A DNA stretch of 64,000 nucleotides, from positions 82,207-146,206 of the forward strand of contig JBEKTQ010000005.1 of the NCBI GenBank assembly GCA_049515895.1, read 5' to 3'. A program made the translations under genes and the position numbers. Below the pieces are notes generated by a model that saw only the letters and a program-made list of their open reading frames with translations, was not told where the DNA came from and did not search any database. This stretch comes from Candidatus Bathyarchaeia archaeon. GTDB taxonomy: Archaea; Thermoproteota; Bathyarchaeia; Bathyarchaeales; Bathycorpusculaceae. Below, one piece after another: positions 9,541 through 20,321 of the stretch (within the stretch, counting starts at the first letter, position 1; each line of letters opens with the position of its first letter).

Positions 9541-10371
9541 ATGAACAAAAGACACACCTTGATAATTGCAATCCTTATTATTTCGTCTTTATCCCTTACA
9601 TTCTTCAATTCAAAACTCTATCCAGCCCAAGCTCAAACATCCAATACAACAGCACAACTCACGATCACGGGACTAGTAGAAAACCCTCTGACCCTAACCC
9701 TCCACGACATCCAAACTATGCCACAAACCACTGAATACGCCGAAATGTACTGCGTAGATGATCCTAGAACGCCTTTAGAACAGGGCGCCTGGACGGGTGT
9801 CGAACTCTCTTACTTACTTCAACAAGCTGGTGTGTCCCCCGATGCGATTAAGGTCGCATTTCTCGCGTCTGATGACTACAGTACCGATTTAACGGTTCAA
9901 ATGGCGATGCAAGCAAACATTTTAGTTGCTTACCAAAAAGATAATTCATCATTAGGCGCACTGCAGTTGGTCGTGCCAGGCAACTGGGGCTACAAATGGA
10001 TAACTAATCCCACTCAAATCCAGCTTGTGAACTATGACTTTTTGGGTACCACGGAAAGCGAAGGGTACTCAGATGACGCCACAGTGTCTAATGTTGGAGG
10101 AACCCTTCCGGTGACGCAGCCAAATCCGATTACAATTCCAGCCCAAAATTCAACCCTTGTACCGACGAGCTCGTCCCCTTCAGTGCCAACTTTTTCCCCT
10201 ACAGCATCGCCAGTTGCTTCAAACCCTGAGCACCAATCAACAGGGACACATTTTGCCTATGCCACTACGGCCTCGGCAATAATCGCAGGATCAGCAGCAG
10301 TAGCTTTAGTCTTCATTTTAACAAAGCGAAAGAGAAAACCTGAGTCAGAAGACTCGCTCGCAACCGTATAG
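9541..10371 (+). CDS. Molybdopterin-dependent oxidoreductase domain protein (sulfite oxidase/MsrP family), secreted and C-terminally anchored
   Basis: LTITGLVENPLTLT, MYCV, WTGVELSYLL, ASDDYS and LVVPGNWGYKW motifs; N-terminal signal peptide; C-terminal TM plus KRKRK. Confidence 0.82.
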   Translation: MNKRHTLIIAILIISSLSLTFFNSKLYPAQAQTSNTTAQLTITGLVENPLTLTLHDIQTMPQTTEYAEMYCVDDPRTPLEQGAWTGVELSYLLQQAGVSPDAIKVAFLASDDYSTDLTVQMAMQANILVAYQKDNSSLGALQLVVPGNWGYKWITNPTQIQLVNYDFLGTTESEGYSDDATVSNVGGTLPVTQPNPITIPAQNSTLVPTSSSPSVPTFSPTASPVASNPEHQSTGTHFAYATTASAIIAGSAAVALVFILTKRKRKPESEDSLATV

Positions 10372-11081
10372 AAATAAGTCCTCATGCGCTTAACTTTGAA
10401 GGCTTCGGAGATACGGTTTCTTTCAAGAGCGCGAATACGGCAGATTTAAAGAGAAATGATCATGATGATTGTCAGTATGATTGGTTCTGACTCAGCGTTT
10501 GGGAGAGAGGCTGCAAACAAAGAGATGCTTGCAAAAGTTTCGGTGCGCAGCGTTGTTCACAATTCCAATTAAAGAAGCGAGCATTCAGTCTAAGCAGCTT
10601 TTCGCGTCGCTAGTTTTAATCAATGTATTTTTCCCTTAAGAACAATCTTTTTCACTACCCAAAGCGTAGGGTATGATATTTATTGATAAGAAATATTCAC
10701 AAAAAGCAAACAAGAATGCTAATGTCCGCCCTAAAACAAAAAGGTAGCCTGAAAACAATTGCGAACTATCCTTCTCATGCTCTGTTCTTTTGAACAAATA
10801 AATAACGAAGAAATGGTAAGAATGACTGTCCCAGAAAATGTTAAATGGCTGAGGATAAATCGATTTTGCTAAAAAGGGTTTCCAGAGCCTCGTGTCTCTT
10901 CATTGCTAACGCAATGAGAATACAGGATCTACTTTACGAATTTGGGGATAACATGCACACTACTACATTATCTGTGCCGATAGGTAAGTTATATAAGTTT
11001 AAACATGACAAACTGGCAGTGGTTAAGAAGTATTTCCCATTCTTCTTTGAACCAAAAAACAAAATTAAGGAAGAAAACAAA

Positions 11082-14030
11082 ATGAAAACACTAAAAAACA
11101 AAATTGCAGCTATTACGATTTCTATGTTCTTTATACTTTCAATGGCAGCTTCAACGATGCTGATACCAAACGCAAGCGCACACACACCGGCATGGAGCAT
11201 CCCAACGTACGCCTACATCGTCGCGGCACCCAGCCCTATAGGCGTCGGTCAAAGCGCACACATTTACATGTGGCTTGATTGCGTCTACGGAGCGGCAGGC
11301 GGCACAACCGCAGCAGTTGGAACTAACGGTTTCACGGCAAGCGCGGCATTATTATCAAATACCTACAGGTTCCACAACTACAAGCTTACCATCACTGCAC
11401 CCGACAACACAGTAACAACCCAGACTTTTCCAGTCATCACGGACACAACATCGTCACAGTACACGATCTTTACTCCCACCCAAACTGGAACATACACCTT
11501 CGACTTTACCTTCCCAGGACAAGTATACGGCGCAGATGGTAACGGCTACTCCGGGTCACCATTGATAGGTGATACCTATTTGCCTAGCAACGCATCAACA
11601 ACTCTTATCGTCCAGCAAACACCGATTTCTGCGCCCATTAATAGCTATCCGCTTCCAACAGCTTACTGGACACATCCGGTATACGGTGAAAACACTGACT
11701 GGTGGTCAATCTCGTCAAACTGGCTAGGTTCAGGTTCAGCACCTCCAGGAGGATACAGCAGCAGCGGTTCATTCTCTACATTGTACCATAATGATGCCGT
11801 CGGACCTCAAACGTCTCACCTTATGTGGACAAAGGATCTTCAATTTGGAGGAGTTGCAGGAGGAAACCAGTTTCTTGCGGGTGGCTCAAATCCAAACGGA
11901 GCTATTCCAGGAGCACAGTATTTCGAAGGGTCCTCCTACGCGCCAAGATTCTACAATCCAATAATAATCAACGGAGTCATCTTCTACACTGAAGTGGCAT
12001 CATTCACAGGCTCACCAATTATGGGCGGCAGCGCTACTGGACCAACCGATGCGGTTGACCTCCGCACGGGACAGCTTCTCTGGTCGCGTATGGATGTACC
12101 GCAGCTATCATTCGGTTACATATACAATCTTTATGATCCCGACCAGCACGGAGTTTATCCACCAGTACTAGTGGCAACTGTAGGAAGCCAATGGAACTTG
12201 TACGATGCATACACAGGAGATTCACTATTCAACGTAACTAATGTTCCATCTGGGACAGCAGTCATGGGTCCAAGCGGTGAACAGCTGAGATACGTCGCGT
12301 TAAACACCGGTACAACTGCAAATCCACAATGGTACTTATCTGAATGGAACATGTCCAAGCTATGGCAGTACGACATTAACCCATACACTGGCGGCGGAAG
12401 CTTATCACCATCGATTATAAATGCAACCAATGGAGCCCTAATTCAACAACTTCCTATTCCGATTACGGGAGAGTCAGGCACTTTACCGCCTGGTCATCCA
12501 ACCTCTGCAAGCTCAGCTTGTCCCTACGGTTCTTGGCTGACAGTCAATGCTAACGTTCCTATGAACTCAAATGCACTCCTTCCAGGATCAACAACAACTG
12601 CCATCAAAAATATCAACCAGGATTCTTTGACGACATACGACTGGAACATCTCGATACCCTTCGCCAACACTATGCCCGTCGGACCACCCAGTATCTTTGG
12701 ACCAGCGAGTCCCTTTACAATAGTCGCAGCTAACTACAACGATATCTTGTTATGCAGAAACGGCTCATTACCTAGTGGTTTTGAGGCAACCGGCACAGGC
12801 ACTTCACAAGGTCCTTATACATACTTCGCTGTTAACCTCAATTCATCTAGGGGCACCGTCGGCTCGATACTTTGGATGAAAACATATAATCCGCCAGCAG
12901 GCAACATCACTCTTAACGCTGAGCCAGTTGACTTCCAGACCCGCGTCTTCACATTTGATTATGGAGAAACTCTACAATGGGTAGGATACAGTCTGGACAC
13001 AGGCAACATGCTATGGGGTCCAACTGCGCCTCAAAAGTCATTTGACTACTATGGTTACCCAGGAACAGTCTCTTTACCTGCTACAATCGCTTACGGCCAC
13101 CTATACTGCAGTTCATTCTCAGGAATATGTTACGCGTATAACGATTTGACTGGCCACGTAGATTGGACTTGGGGTAACGGAGCACCAGGATCAGACAACA
13201 GCACTTATGGCGGCTTGCAAATCTTCTACGGTGATTACCCAACCATGATTCAGTCTATTGCTAACGGAGTAATATACTTAGCAACTAACGAGCACACTAT
13301 ACCTAACCCGATTTACAAGGGCGCAGTGGCAACAGCTCTCAATGCTACAACAGGGAAATTAATATGGCAACTCTCTGATTACCCAAGCGAATGGTCCAGC
13401 CCTGGCAGTGAATGGGCTACAGCAGATGGCTATATAGCATGTATAAACGGTTATTCCAGCCAAATTTACAGTATTGGCAGGGGACCAAGCGCTACTACTG
13501 CTGAGGTAGAACCCTTTGGTGCATCCGTAGTGATTAGCGGTACGGTGATGGATGTTTCTTCTGGTACAAAACAAAACCAACAGGCTGCTGACTTTCCAAA
13601 CGGCGTTCCTTGCTCTTCTGATGCTAGCATGAAAGACTGGATGGGCTACGTCTACCAGCAGAAGCCGGTTCCGACCAACTTTACAGGCGTTCCCGTTAAC
13701 GTGTACGTATTAGACTCTAACCACAACTACAGACAAATAGGCACCGCAACCACTGACGCAACTGGTACGTACAGCCTAACATGGACACCAGACATCTCAG
13801 GCAACTTCACGGTTACAGCTACCTTCGCAGGCACAAATGGCTACTGGCCATCATCCGCTGAAACGCACTTTTACGCTGTCCCAGCAGCACCAACAGTAGC
13901 ACCAACAGCAACACCGCTTAGCGGAGTTGCCACGCAAAACACACTAATGTACGGCATCATTGCAATCATCATTGTGATAATCATAATCGGCGCCTTGATA
14001 ATGCTAATGCTCAGCAGAAGAAAACCATAA
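11082..14030 (+). CDS. Large PQQ-binding-like beta-propeller surface protein (paralog 1)
   Basis: Signal peptide from ATG 11082; repeated (A)xDxxTGxxxW blades; C-terminal Ig-like domain, TM and RRKP. Confidence 0.85.
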   Translation: MKTLKNKIAAITISMFFILSMAASTMLIPNASAHTPAWSIPTYAYIVAAPSPIGVGQSAHIYMWLDCVYGAAGGTTAAVGTNGFTASAALLSNTYRFHNYKLTITAPDNTVTTQTFPVITDTTSSQYTIFTPTQTGTYTFDFTFPGQVYGADGNGYSGSPLIGDTYLPSNASTTLIVQQTPISAPINSYPLPTAYWTHPVYGENTDWWSISSNWLGSGSAPPGGYSSSGSFSTLYHNDAVGPQTSHLMWTKDLQFGGVAGGNQFLAGGSNPNGAIPGAQYFEGSSYAPRFYNPIIINGVIFYTEVASFTGSPIMGGSATGPTDAVDLRTGQLLWSRMDVPQLSFGYIYNLYDPDQHGVYPPVLVATVGSQWNLYDAYTGDSLFNVTNVPSGTAVMGPSGEQLRYVALNTGTTANPQWYLSEWNMSKLWQYDINPYTGGGSLSPSIINATNGALIQQLPIPITGESGTLPPGHPTSASSACPYGSWLTVNANVPMNSNALLPGSTTTAIKNINQDSLTTYDWNISIPFANTMPVGPPSIFGPASPFTIVAANYNDILLCRNGSLPSGFEATGTGTSQGPYTYFAVNLNSSRGTVGSILWMKTYNPPAGNITLNAEPVDFQTRVFTFDYGETLQWVGYSLDTGNMLWGPTAPQKSFDYYGYPGTVSLPATIAYGHLYCSSFSGICYAYNDLTGHVDWTWGNGAPGSDNSTYGGLQIFYGDYPTMIQSIANGVIYLATNEHTIPNPIYKGAVATALNATTGKLIWQLSDYPSEWSSPGSEWATADGYIACINGYSSQIYSIGRGPSATTAEVEPFGASVVISGTVMDVSSGTKQNQQAADFPNGVPCSSDASMKDWMGYVYQQKPVPTNFTGVPVNVYVLDSNHNYRQIGTATTDATGTYSLTWTPDISGNFTVTATFAGTNGYWPSSAETHFYAVPAAPTVAPTATPLSGVATQNTLMYGIIAIIIVIIIIGALIMLMLSRRKP

Positions 14031-14875
14031 ACCACAATAAGAAAAACAATATTTCCCTTTTTCTTTTTTAGTCACAATAAAGCATTTTTGAAAAACGAAA
14101 GAAGACGTGTTACAAAAGCAATATTGCGGTCGTACATCTAAATATACAAAATCCTGCTGTTGTTAGATGAGGAAAAAATGTGTCTATTTTCAAAGATGCC
14201 TAAAATTCCGGTTCTTGCTTCAATTTGCACTTCTCTTAACGAACTACGTCCCCAAACTTTCTAACAGCGAAGGAACGAGGGAAGCATAAGTCCACGTTTA
14301 AGATTCAATAGGCACTATCGAAGACAGCATCTGCAACTTACAAATTCGCTAGAAAAAACAAAACAGTGACCATAAACGCTTGACACATCGAACATGTTTT
14401 GTAGAGTTAGGCTTATCTTCCAATAAAACCTGCTCAATCCAGCAATTGAAAGCAAAATTAAATAATGCCTAAAACGCCATGAGCAAACTTGTTAAGTCCG
14501 CTTAAGGATTTCACCAAGAATTAACAAAAAAATAAAAAAGGAAAGTTGATTTTTTATTGGCGATTGATCTATGGTCGTTTCCTGAGAATTAGCACTGTAG
14601 CGATAGCCAATGCAACGATCATTACGATTATTGCAGCGACTATGTACATTGTCAGTTCAGAGGTGTTCACCAAGTTTCCTACTGGTGATGCGGTCGGTGC
14701 TGGTGTCGATCCTGCTGGGGCAACTGTGAAGGCTGTTTCTGTGTTCGCTGGCCAGTATGATTGAGTGCCTGGGAATGAGGCGTAGATAGTGTATTTTCCT
14801 GAAATGTCTGGTGTCCATGTGAAGCTGTAGAAGCCCCTTGCGTCAGTGGTTGCGGTGCCTATTTGTCTGTAGTTG
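13724..14875. repeat. Perfect 38-bp inverted repeat (13724-13761 / 14838-14875) inside the two convergent propeller genes
   Basis: caactacagacaaataggcaccgcaaccactgacgcaa and its exact reverse complement. Confidence 0.9.
14052..14069 (+). terminator. Oligo-T terminator
   Basis: tttccctttttctttttt shortly after the stop codon at 14030. Confidence 0.6.
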
Positions 14876-17166
14876 CCATTAGAGTCTAGAACGCTTAAGA
14901 CAACTGGTACTCCAGTTACGTTCGTTGGCATTGGCTGCTGCATGTATACATGTTCCATCCAGTCGCTCATACTCGAATCAGCAACGCATGGAACTCCTTG
15001 TGGAAAGTCTCCTTTCTGAACTGCCTGTTGAGTTCCCGGCGAAATGTCCGTTACCATGCCAGTTACAAGTATTTCGTTGCCCTGTGTTGTACCGCTGTTT
15101 TGAACTGCAGCCGTTATCTCGCTGGGTCCTTTGCCGAAAGTGTAGATTTGCGCGTCATATGAGTTCCATTCAACAAGATAGCCGTCTCCCACTGCTCCTT
15201 CACCTCTGCCGCTGAAGCTTAGTATGTCCCATACTGGTTTTCCAGTTGTAGCATTAAGTGCAAGTCTCGTGGCGTTCTCAAACAGTGGTGGGTCGTACAT
15301 GCGTGACAGCGAGAAGAATAGTTCTCCGCCGCCGATGCTTGCCGAACCGAACTGCCAAATTGGATATACACCGTAAGGTGTGTTGTATCCAGCACTTGGA
15401 GATTGGTAGACCCAAGCGATTTTGCCTGTGGCTAAGTTGATGGCTGTGCAGTAGCCGCCGAGGTCAAAGGTGTATACGTTGCCGTATGCAATGTCAGCTG
15501 CCTGTGAAAGGGTGCTCAAAGCGTTGTATGGAAGTTGGGTTGGTCCCCACAGCATGGATCCGTTCGTCATAGAGTAACCCCACTCTTGGCATGTGTCTTT
15601 GTCCTCTAAGACATAAACGTCTTGACCAGCGGTAAGGACTTGGAGGTAGTTTTCTGCGGGTATCGTAACGTTGTGCATCCATAGCATTTGTCCGTTTAGG
15701 GCGTTAAATCCTGCTTCAACTGCGTAACCAACGGAGTCATAAGTTACATACGATGGTGCCGATCGCATAAGTATTACGTCGTGTGTCACTCTTGAGATAC
15801 TGAGAGCTGGACTGATTGGGTTGCCGTTAAATGTGGTTGGCACAGTTACGTTCCATTGATCTCCTCTGGACCACGCGACCGAAGTTGGCGGTCTAATCAT
15901 CTCCTGGTTTAAAGATTGGTTTGCCCAGCATAATGTTGAATTCCACAGAGTTAGGTTGCCTTGACTTGCGAAATAGCCTAGAATCGTGCCTACGCAGGAA
16001 TCAGCGGGGTTGATGTCTTGAATGTAGCTTGCGCTGCCTACGCCTGTGATGTTGCCTAGGTACATTCCGTTGAATGCGGAATACAAACGCCAAGTTGCAG
16101 CACCGCCAAACATTCCACCACCAATTTGGCTGTAAAGAACTGCTACTGAACCGTACTCCTGCATTGAATGCATCGACACTACTTCACCCATCCTCAACCC
16201 CTCTGCGTTTGTTTGGCCTCCGACGCTCAAGTTTGGATTTTGCGGTGACGCCAGAGTGCTTGGTGGCGCGCCTATGCCTGGAGCCTCTTTCCACACTGTT
16301 TGGCCAGTTGCCAAGTCAATTGCTTCCCAGTAAGCTTGGTTGTTGCTCAACGTGTTGTAGTCGCCGTAGATGAGCATTCCCTGCATGATGATTGGCTCGA
16401 AGAAGTCGCTGATGATTGTGGTTGTCATGAAATTGTGCATTTCATCGCCGGGGATTGGTCCGCCGATTTGACCGCCGAGGGTTGTCGGCTTGTACCACAT
16501 TATATGTGCCGTGGTAGGTGCGGTAGTGTACGGGTTGAAGTTACCTGTAGCGTCGTAGTCACCGGTGACAGCGAATGTTTCAGGTGCAAGACCAAGCCAG
16601 TTCCCTCCGAGGACTGACCATCCATAGTTAGTTGCCTCTATTGGGAAGTCCCAGTAAGCTGTCGGCAGTGGAGGACTTTGAATGGTTGGGATTGGTGCTT
16701 GCTGAACACTGATCACAACCGCTTGGCTTACAGATGGCAATTCTTTATCGCCCACGTATGTTGCTCCTCCACTCATTAGTGTCTGTCCCGGGTAGTTTGC
16801 TTGGAATGTGTAGTTGCCTAGTTGGGTTGGTGTGAATTCCAGTGATGGAATTCCTCCGGTCGGATCCGCTGTGTACGGACCTAGGTGAGTAACGTCTCCG
16901 TTTGGAGCTGTGATGTTGACTGTTATGCCTGTATATCTGTCGCCCGCGTTGTTCATGCCTGAATTGGCCATTGGTTTGCTCAAGAAGACCTGCATGTATA
17001 TTGGTTGTCCAATGCCTACTGGATTAGGTGAAACTTGAATTTCCAAGAACGTTGGGATTGAAACGACTGCTGCGTGTGTTTGTGTTGACAAAACTCCTGT
17101 CATCGACAAAATTAGTATCGCCATGATAGCGATTGAAGCTATTTTTTCAGAAATTGTGGTTTTCAT
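14569..17166 (-). CDS. Large PQQ-binding-like beta-propeller surface protein (paralog 2)
   Basis: Same architecture as paralog 1: NWLG, HIMWYKP..GG, AINLATGKIAW, GVPCVADSSM, WTPDISG, TM and RKRP. Confidence 0.87.
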   Translation of the reverse strand: MKTTISEKIASIAIMAILILSMTGVLSTQTHAAVVSIPTFLEIQVSPNPVGIGQPIYMQVFLSKPMANSGMNNAGDRYTGITVNITAPNGDVTHLGPYTADPTGGIPSLEFTPTQLGNYTFQANYPGQTLMSGGATYVGDKELPSVSQAVVISVQQAPIPTIQSPPLPTAYWDFPIEATNYGWSVLGGNWLGLAPETFAVTGDYDATGNFNPYTTAPTTAHIMWYKPTTLGGQIGGPIPGDEMHNFMTTTIISDFFEPIIMQGMLIYGDYNTLSNNQAYWEAIDLATGQTVWKEAPGIGAPPSTLASPQNPNLSVGGQTNAEGLRMGEVVSMHSMQEYGSVAVLYSQIGGGMFGGAATWRLYSAFNGMYLGNITGVGSASYIQDINPADSCVGTILGYFASQGNLTLWNSTLCWANQSLNQEMIRPPTSVAWSRGDQWNVTVPTTFNGNPISPALSISRVTHDVILMRSAPSYVTYDSVGYAVEAGFNALNGQMLWMHNVTIPAENYLQVLTAGQDVYVLEDKDTCQEWGYSMTNGSMLWGPTQLPYNALSTLSQAADIAYGNVYTFDLGGYCTAINLATGKIAWVYQSPSAGYNTPYGVYPIWQFGSASIGGGELFFSLSRMYDPPLFENATRLALNATTGKPVWDILSFSGRGEGAVGDGYLVEWNSYDAQIYTFGKGPSEITAAVQNSGTTQGNEILVTGMVTDISPGTQQAVQKGDFPQGVPCVADSSMSDWMEHVYMQQPMPTNVTGVPVVLSVLDSNGNYRQIGTATTDARGFYSFTWTPDISGKYTIYASFPGTQSYWPANTETAFTVAPAGSTPAPTASPVGNLVNTSELTMYIVAAIIVMIVALAIATVLILRKRP

Positions 17167-17527
17167 TTATTTTTTCTCTTCCTTAATTTTTTATTGGACA
17201 ATAAGCATGAATGTATAAACATGAATGCCCTTGCCCAATAGCCACTCTTGTCATACTACTTAGTATTTAACATTTGTTAGAAATGCGGATGCAAGCCCTC
17301 AAAAGTTAGCTATGCTTAAGAACAAAAGAGTTTCTAACCATTCTCAGGCAAAATATTAAGATTTCATATAGAAAATTATTAATTAAAACACTACTCAACT
17401 AATTTTGAAGAGATATTATCGGCTGCTTTTTTGACGAACTAGGTGCAGTTTTCTGTTGTTTTTGGTCTTAAAAGTATTCATTTGACTAGTTAATTAGAAT
17501 GATGACGCTACAAGAAACAAATACGCA

Positions 17528-18802
17528 CTATCTATTTGTGTTCCCAAGTTCGTCCATGATTTCTTTGGCCCTGTCAACTCGAACTTTGCGTTCTTTAACC
17601 ATCCGTTCAGCCACCAAATCGATCATCTCATCTTTTGCGCCTGCAGTGATTGCGATGTTTCTTGCGTGAAGTGACATGTGGCCCCGCTGGATACCCTCAT
17701 TCGCTAGCGCCCTGAGTGCACCCAGGTTTTGGGCTAATCCAACGGCAGCTAAGACCTCAGCGAACTCATTGGCTGTCTTTACGCCGAGAATTTTCATTGC
17801 GATTCGCGCTACTGGGTGGGTTTTTACGGCACCTCCAATCAAGCCGACAGCCATCGGCAATTCGATAACACCTTCCAGATCACCACTCACATTTTTTGTC
17901 CATCTTGAAATGCTCGTGTAAGGTCCCTTTAAACCGGCGTAAGCGTGTGCTCCAGCCTCGATTGCGCGGTGATCGTTGCCCGTGGCGAGAACAACTGCAA
18001 TGATGCCGTTCATTGCCCCTTTGTTATGCGTAGCGGCGCGGTATGGGTCGGCAGCCGCGAAAGCTGAAGCGTAAGCGATACCGTCGACTGCACCTTCTCT
18101 GCCCAAGGCTTCTTTGGGTATGGTACACCAGGCTTTCGCCATTCTTTTAGTGGCTAGATTAGAGATGATACGTAGGTAAACGTGACCGCCTGTTAGCATT
18201 TCAATTTGTGGAGCCACTGCTTCTGCCATGGTGTTAACAGCGTTTCCGCCCATTGCGTCGCGGCAGTCAACATACAACTCAACGATTAGCATCTGCCCCA
18301 AGGAAGTTTCGATGATTTTTGCGTCTAAATCTTTGGCTCCACCTCCGAAAGAGTTCAACACTGGATCTTGTTCATTCGCTTTCTTGAGAATATCTGCCTT
18401 GGCGTCTAAAACCTGTTTTTTCGCTTGTTGAGAGTCTTTTAAGCCTACAACTTGAATTTGCCCAATCATGATCGGCGCTGTACTGCTAGTGTAGAAACCT
18501 CCTCCGTCGCGAACCATTTTTGCAGCGTAAGAGGCAGCAGCAATGACGCTTGGCTCCTCAGTCGCCATTGGAATAAGGTAGTCCTTACCGTTAATTTGGA
18601 AGTTGACTGCGAGCCCTAATGGTTCAGGGAAGACGCCGATTACGTTTTCAACCATATGGTTAACCGTATCAAAGGCTACTGAACCCGTGTTCTCAAGCAG
18701 CCCGATTTCCTCGTCGGTTAATCCTGCAAAATCCTTAACGATTGCTAGACGCTCCTTCAACGGAAGCTTATAAAAACCTGAGATTACAGAGGTCTTAGAC
18801 AT
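17528..18802 (-). CDS. hmgA: Hydroxymethylglutaryl-CoA reductase, class II
   Basis: ENVIG, MATEEPSV, DAMGGN, THNKG and GIQRGHMSLHA motifs. Confidence 0.95.
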   Translation of the reverse strand: MSKTSVISGFYKLPLKERLAIVKDFAGLTDEEIGLLENTGSVAFDTVNHMVENVIGVFPEPLGLAVNFQINGKDYLIPMATEEPSVIAAASYAAKMVRDGGGFYTSSTAPIMIGQIQVVGLKDSQQAKKQVLDAKADILKKANEQDPVLNSFGGGAKDLDAKIIETSLGQMLIVELYVDCRDAMGGNAVNTMAEAVAPQIEMLTGGHVYLRIISNLATKRMAKAWCTIPKEALGREGAVDGIAYASAFAAADPYRAATHNKGAMNGIIAVVLATGNDHRAIEAGAHAYAGLKGPYTSISRWTKNVSGDLEGVIELPMAVGLIGGAVKTHPVARIAMKILGVKTANEFAEVLAAVGLAQNLGALRALANEGIQRGHMSLHARNIAITAGAKDEMIDLVAERMVKERKVRVDRAKEIMDELGNTNR

Positions 18803-18890
18803 TTTTCATCCCTTTGCTCGCGCCCAAATTGAAAGAGTAGTTCCAATTTGGACATTTAAGCTTAACCAAAATTAACCAGAATACTTGGGT

Positions 18891-19910
18891 TCACAGTGTT
18901 GTTTGCCCCGGAGTTCTCGGCATTGGAAACGCAGAGACGCCCAATCTCTTGCGGATTTCCTTCGCCAAAACTGCGCCATGACTGACTCGATAATTGTCCG
19001 TGACAACTTTTTTTGCCTTTGAACGCTTCACGTACTCGATTAACCCGTCAAAATCCGAGTGGTCGCTTAACGCCACCAAGTATTCTCTTTCGCCAATTCG
19101 CTTGCACGCTGAGTTGAATTCCCACCCGCTAAGACAGATACGCGCGTTACCAAGACCGACGTAACCTCGGGCATTCATGTGGTAGAAAGCGACACATGGA
19201 AGATTGCCGTCCAAAAGTTGCCGCCCGTCAGCATTCGTTGAAAGGGACATGTCGCCGAGACGCATGCCGTGATATTTACAAACTTTGGCAATTTCATAAA
19301 CCCGCTCGGGCATAACGAAGGGCACAGAAACGTCAGCGTCTCTCAGAAGCTGCATGGCTTCCTGAAGTTTCCCGTGGTACCCAAAAACGTAAACAGAGCC
19401 GCCACGCAGTCGTTTCTCAACCATGGATACATATAGTTCACGCACATCCACGTTGAACCTGCGTCTGCAGGATGGGCTTCCATATGTTGCCTCAACCACC
19501 AGCACGTCACACTCCACGGCTGGCGTGTCGTCAATACGGAAGTCGCCGCTATATGCAATCCGTATTCCGTCAGCGTCCTCAACCAGCACCTGTGCTGCAC
19601 CCAAAATATGGTCGGCCTTAAATAGTGTTATCTGTTCGTCTCCGAACAGGAAGGGTTCACAGTACCTCAAGGTTTCAATCTTGATTCCCTTAAGATTGAG
19701 CGAGCAGTCAAGCTTTTGGGCAAGGTCCCTTGTGGCGCTCGTCATCAAAACTTTTTGGCAGCATTTGAGGCTTTTCCGTAATCCGCCAAGATGATCTGCG
19801 TGTGCGTGGGTTACAATCCTTAGCGGGCGGTTCTCGTCAAATGCGTCGCATGCGACATTACTGCCTAGCAGAACTGCACCATTCTTCGCTACCTGTGCCC
19901 TTTCAGCCAT
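18891..19910 (-). CDS. MBL-fold (beta-CASP-like) metallo-hydrolase/nuclease
   Basis: THAHADH, HILGAAQ, YSGDF, VEATYG and SDHSDF motifs. Confidence 0.88.
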   Translation of the reverse strand: MAERAQVAKNGAVLLGSNVACDAFDENRPLRIVTHAHADHLGGLRKSLKCCQKVLMTSATRDLAQKLDCSLNLKGIKIETLRYCEPFLFGDEQITLFKADHILGAAQVLVEDADGIRIAYSGDFRIDDTPAVECDVLVVEATYGSPSCRRRFNVDVRELYVSMVEKRLRGGSVYVFGYHGKLQEAMQLLRDADVSVPFVMPERVYEIAKVCKYHGMRLGDMSLSTNADGRQLLDGNLPCVAFYHMNARGYVGLGNARICLSGWEFNSACKRIGEREYLVALSDHSDFDGLIEYVKRSKAKKVVTDNYRVSHGAVLAKEIRKRLGVSAFPMPRTPGQTTL

Positions 19911-19922
19911 CCTTATCCTTAC

Positions 19923-20321
19923 CTAAGTTGTTTTTTCGGCCAGCCACTCGACTAGCTGCCTTGGATTCTCACTTATAATGGTTACGCGAATCGGGCCTAA
20001 CGGGGACTCTCCTGTTTCCTCCGAAAAAGAGATGTGCCCTGCAAAAGCGACCTGCTTATTAAGGCAGAAACTCAGAGAGTTTCCTCGTATGCTGTGAAAA
20101 AGGGCTTTTCTGGCTGCATCACGAATTCTGTCAGTTCGCAGCAGGTTACGAAACTTTAGAAGCGAATCCTTCCCGGATGCTTTAGCCGTCAAGACGCTGC
20201 CTTTGAGGTCGGGTGCGACTGTTATTGAAACGTTGCCTAATATATTACAAACTGCCGTTTTCACTTTTTCTTCAGTTTCCGTCGGGTTAATTTCCGTTTC
20301 CGCGTGAATTACTTGATCCAT
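19923..20321 (-). CDS. DUF54 (UPF0201) RNA-binding domain protein
   Basis: INPTETEEKVKTA, RIRDAAR, LNKQVAFAG and ESPLGPI motifs. Confidence 0.85.
   Translation of the reverse strand: MDQVIHAETEINPTETEEKVKTAVCNILGNVSITVAPDLKGSVLTAKASGKDSLLKFRNLLRTDRIRDAARKALFHSIRGNSLSFCLNKQVAFAGHISFSEETGESPLGPIRVTIISENPRQLVEWLAEKTT

Noticed and set aside
10845-11081. 79-aa N-terminal extension of the 1061-aa ORF
   Set aside because: It overlaps the TATA/leader region; the signal peptide and paralog alignment start at ATG 11082.
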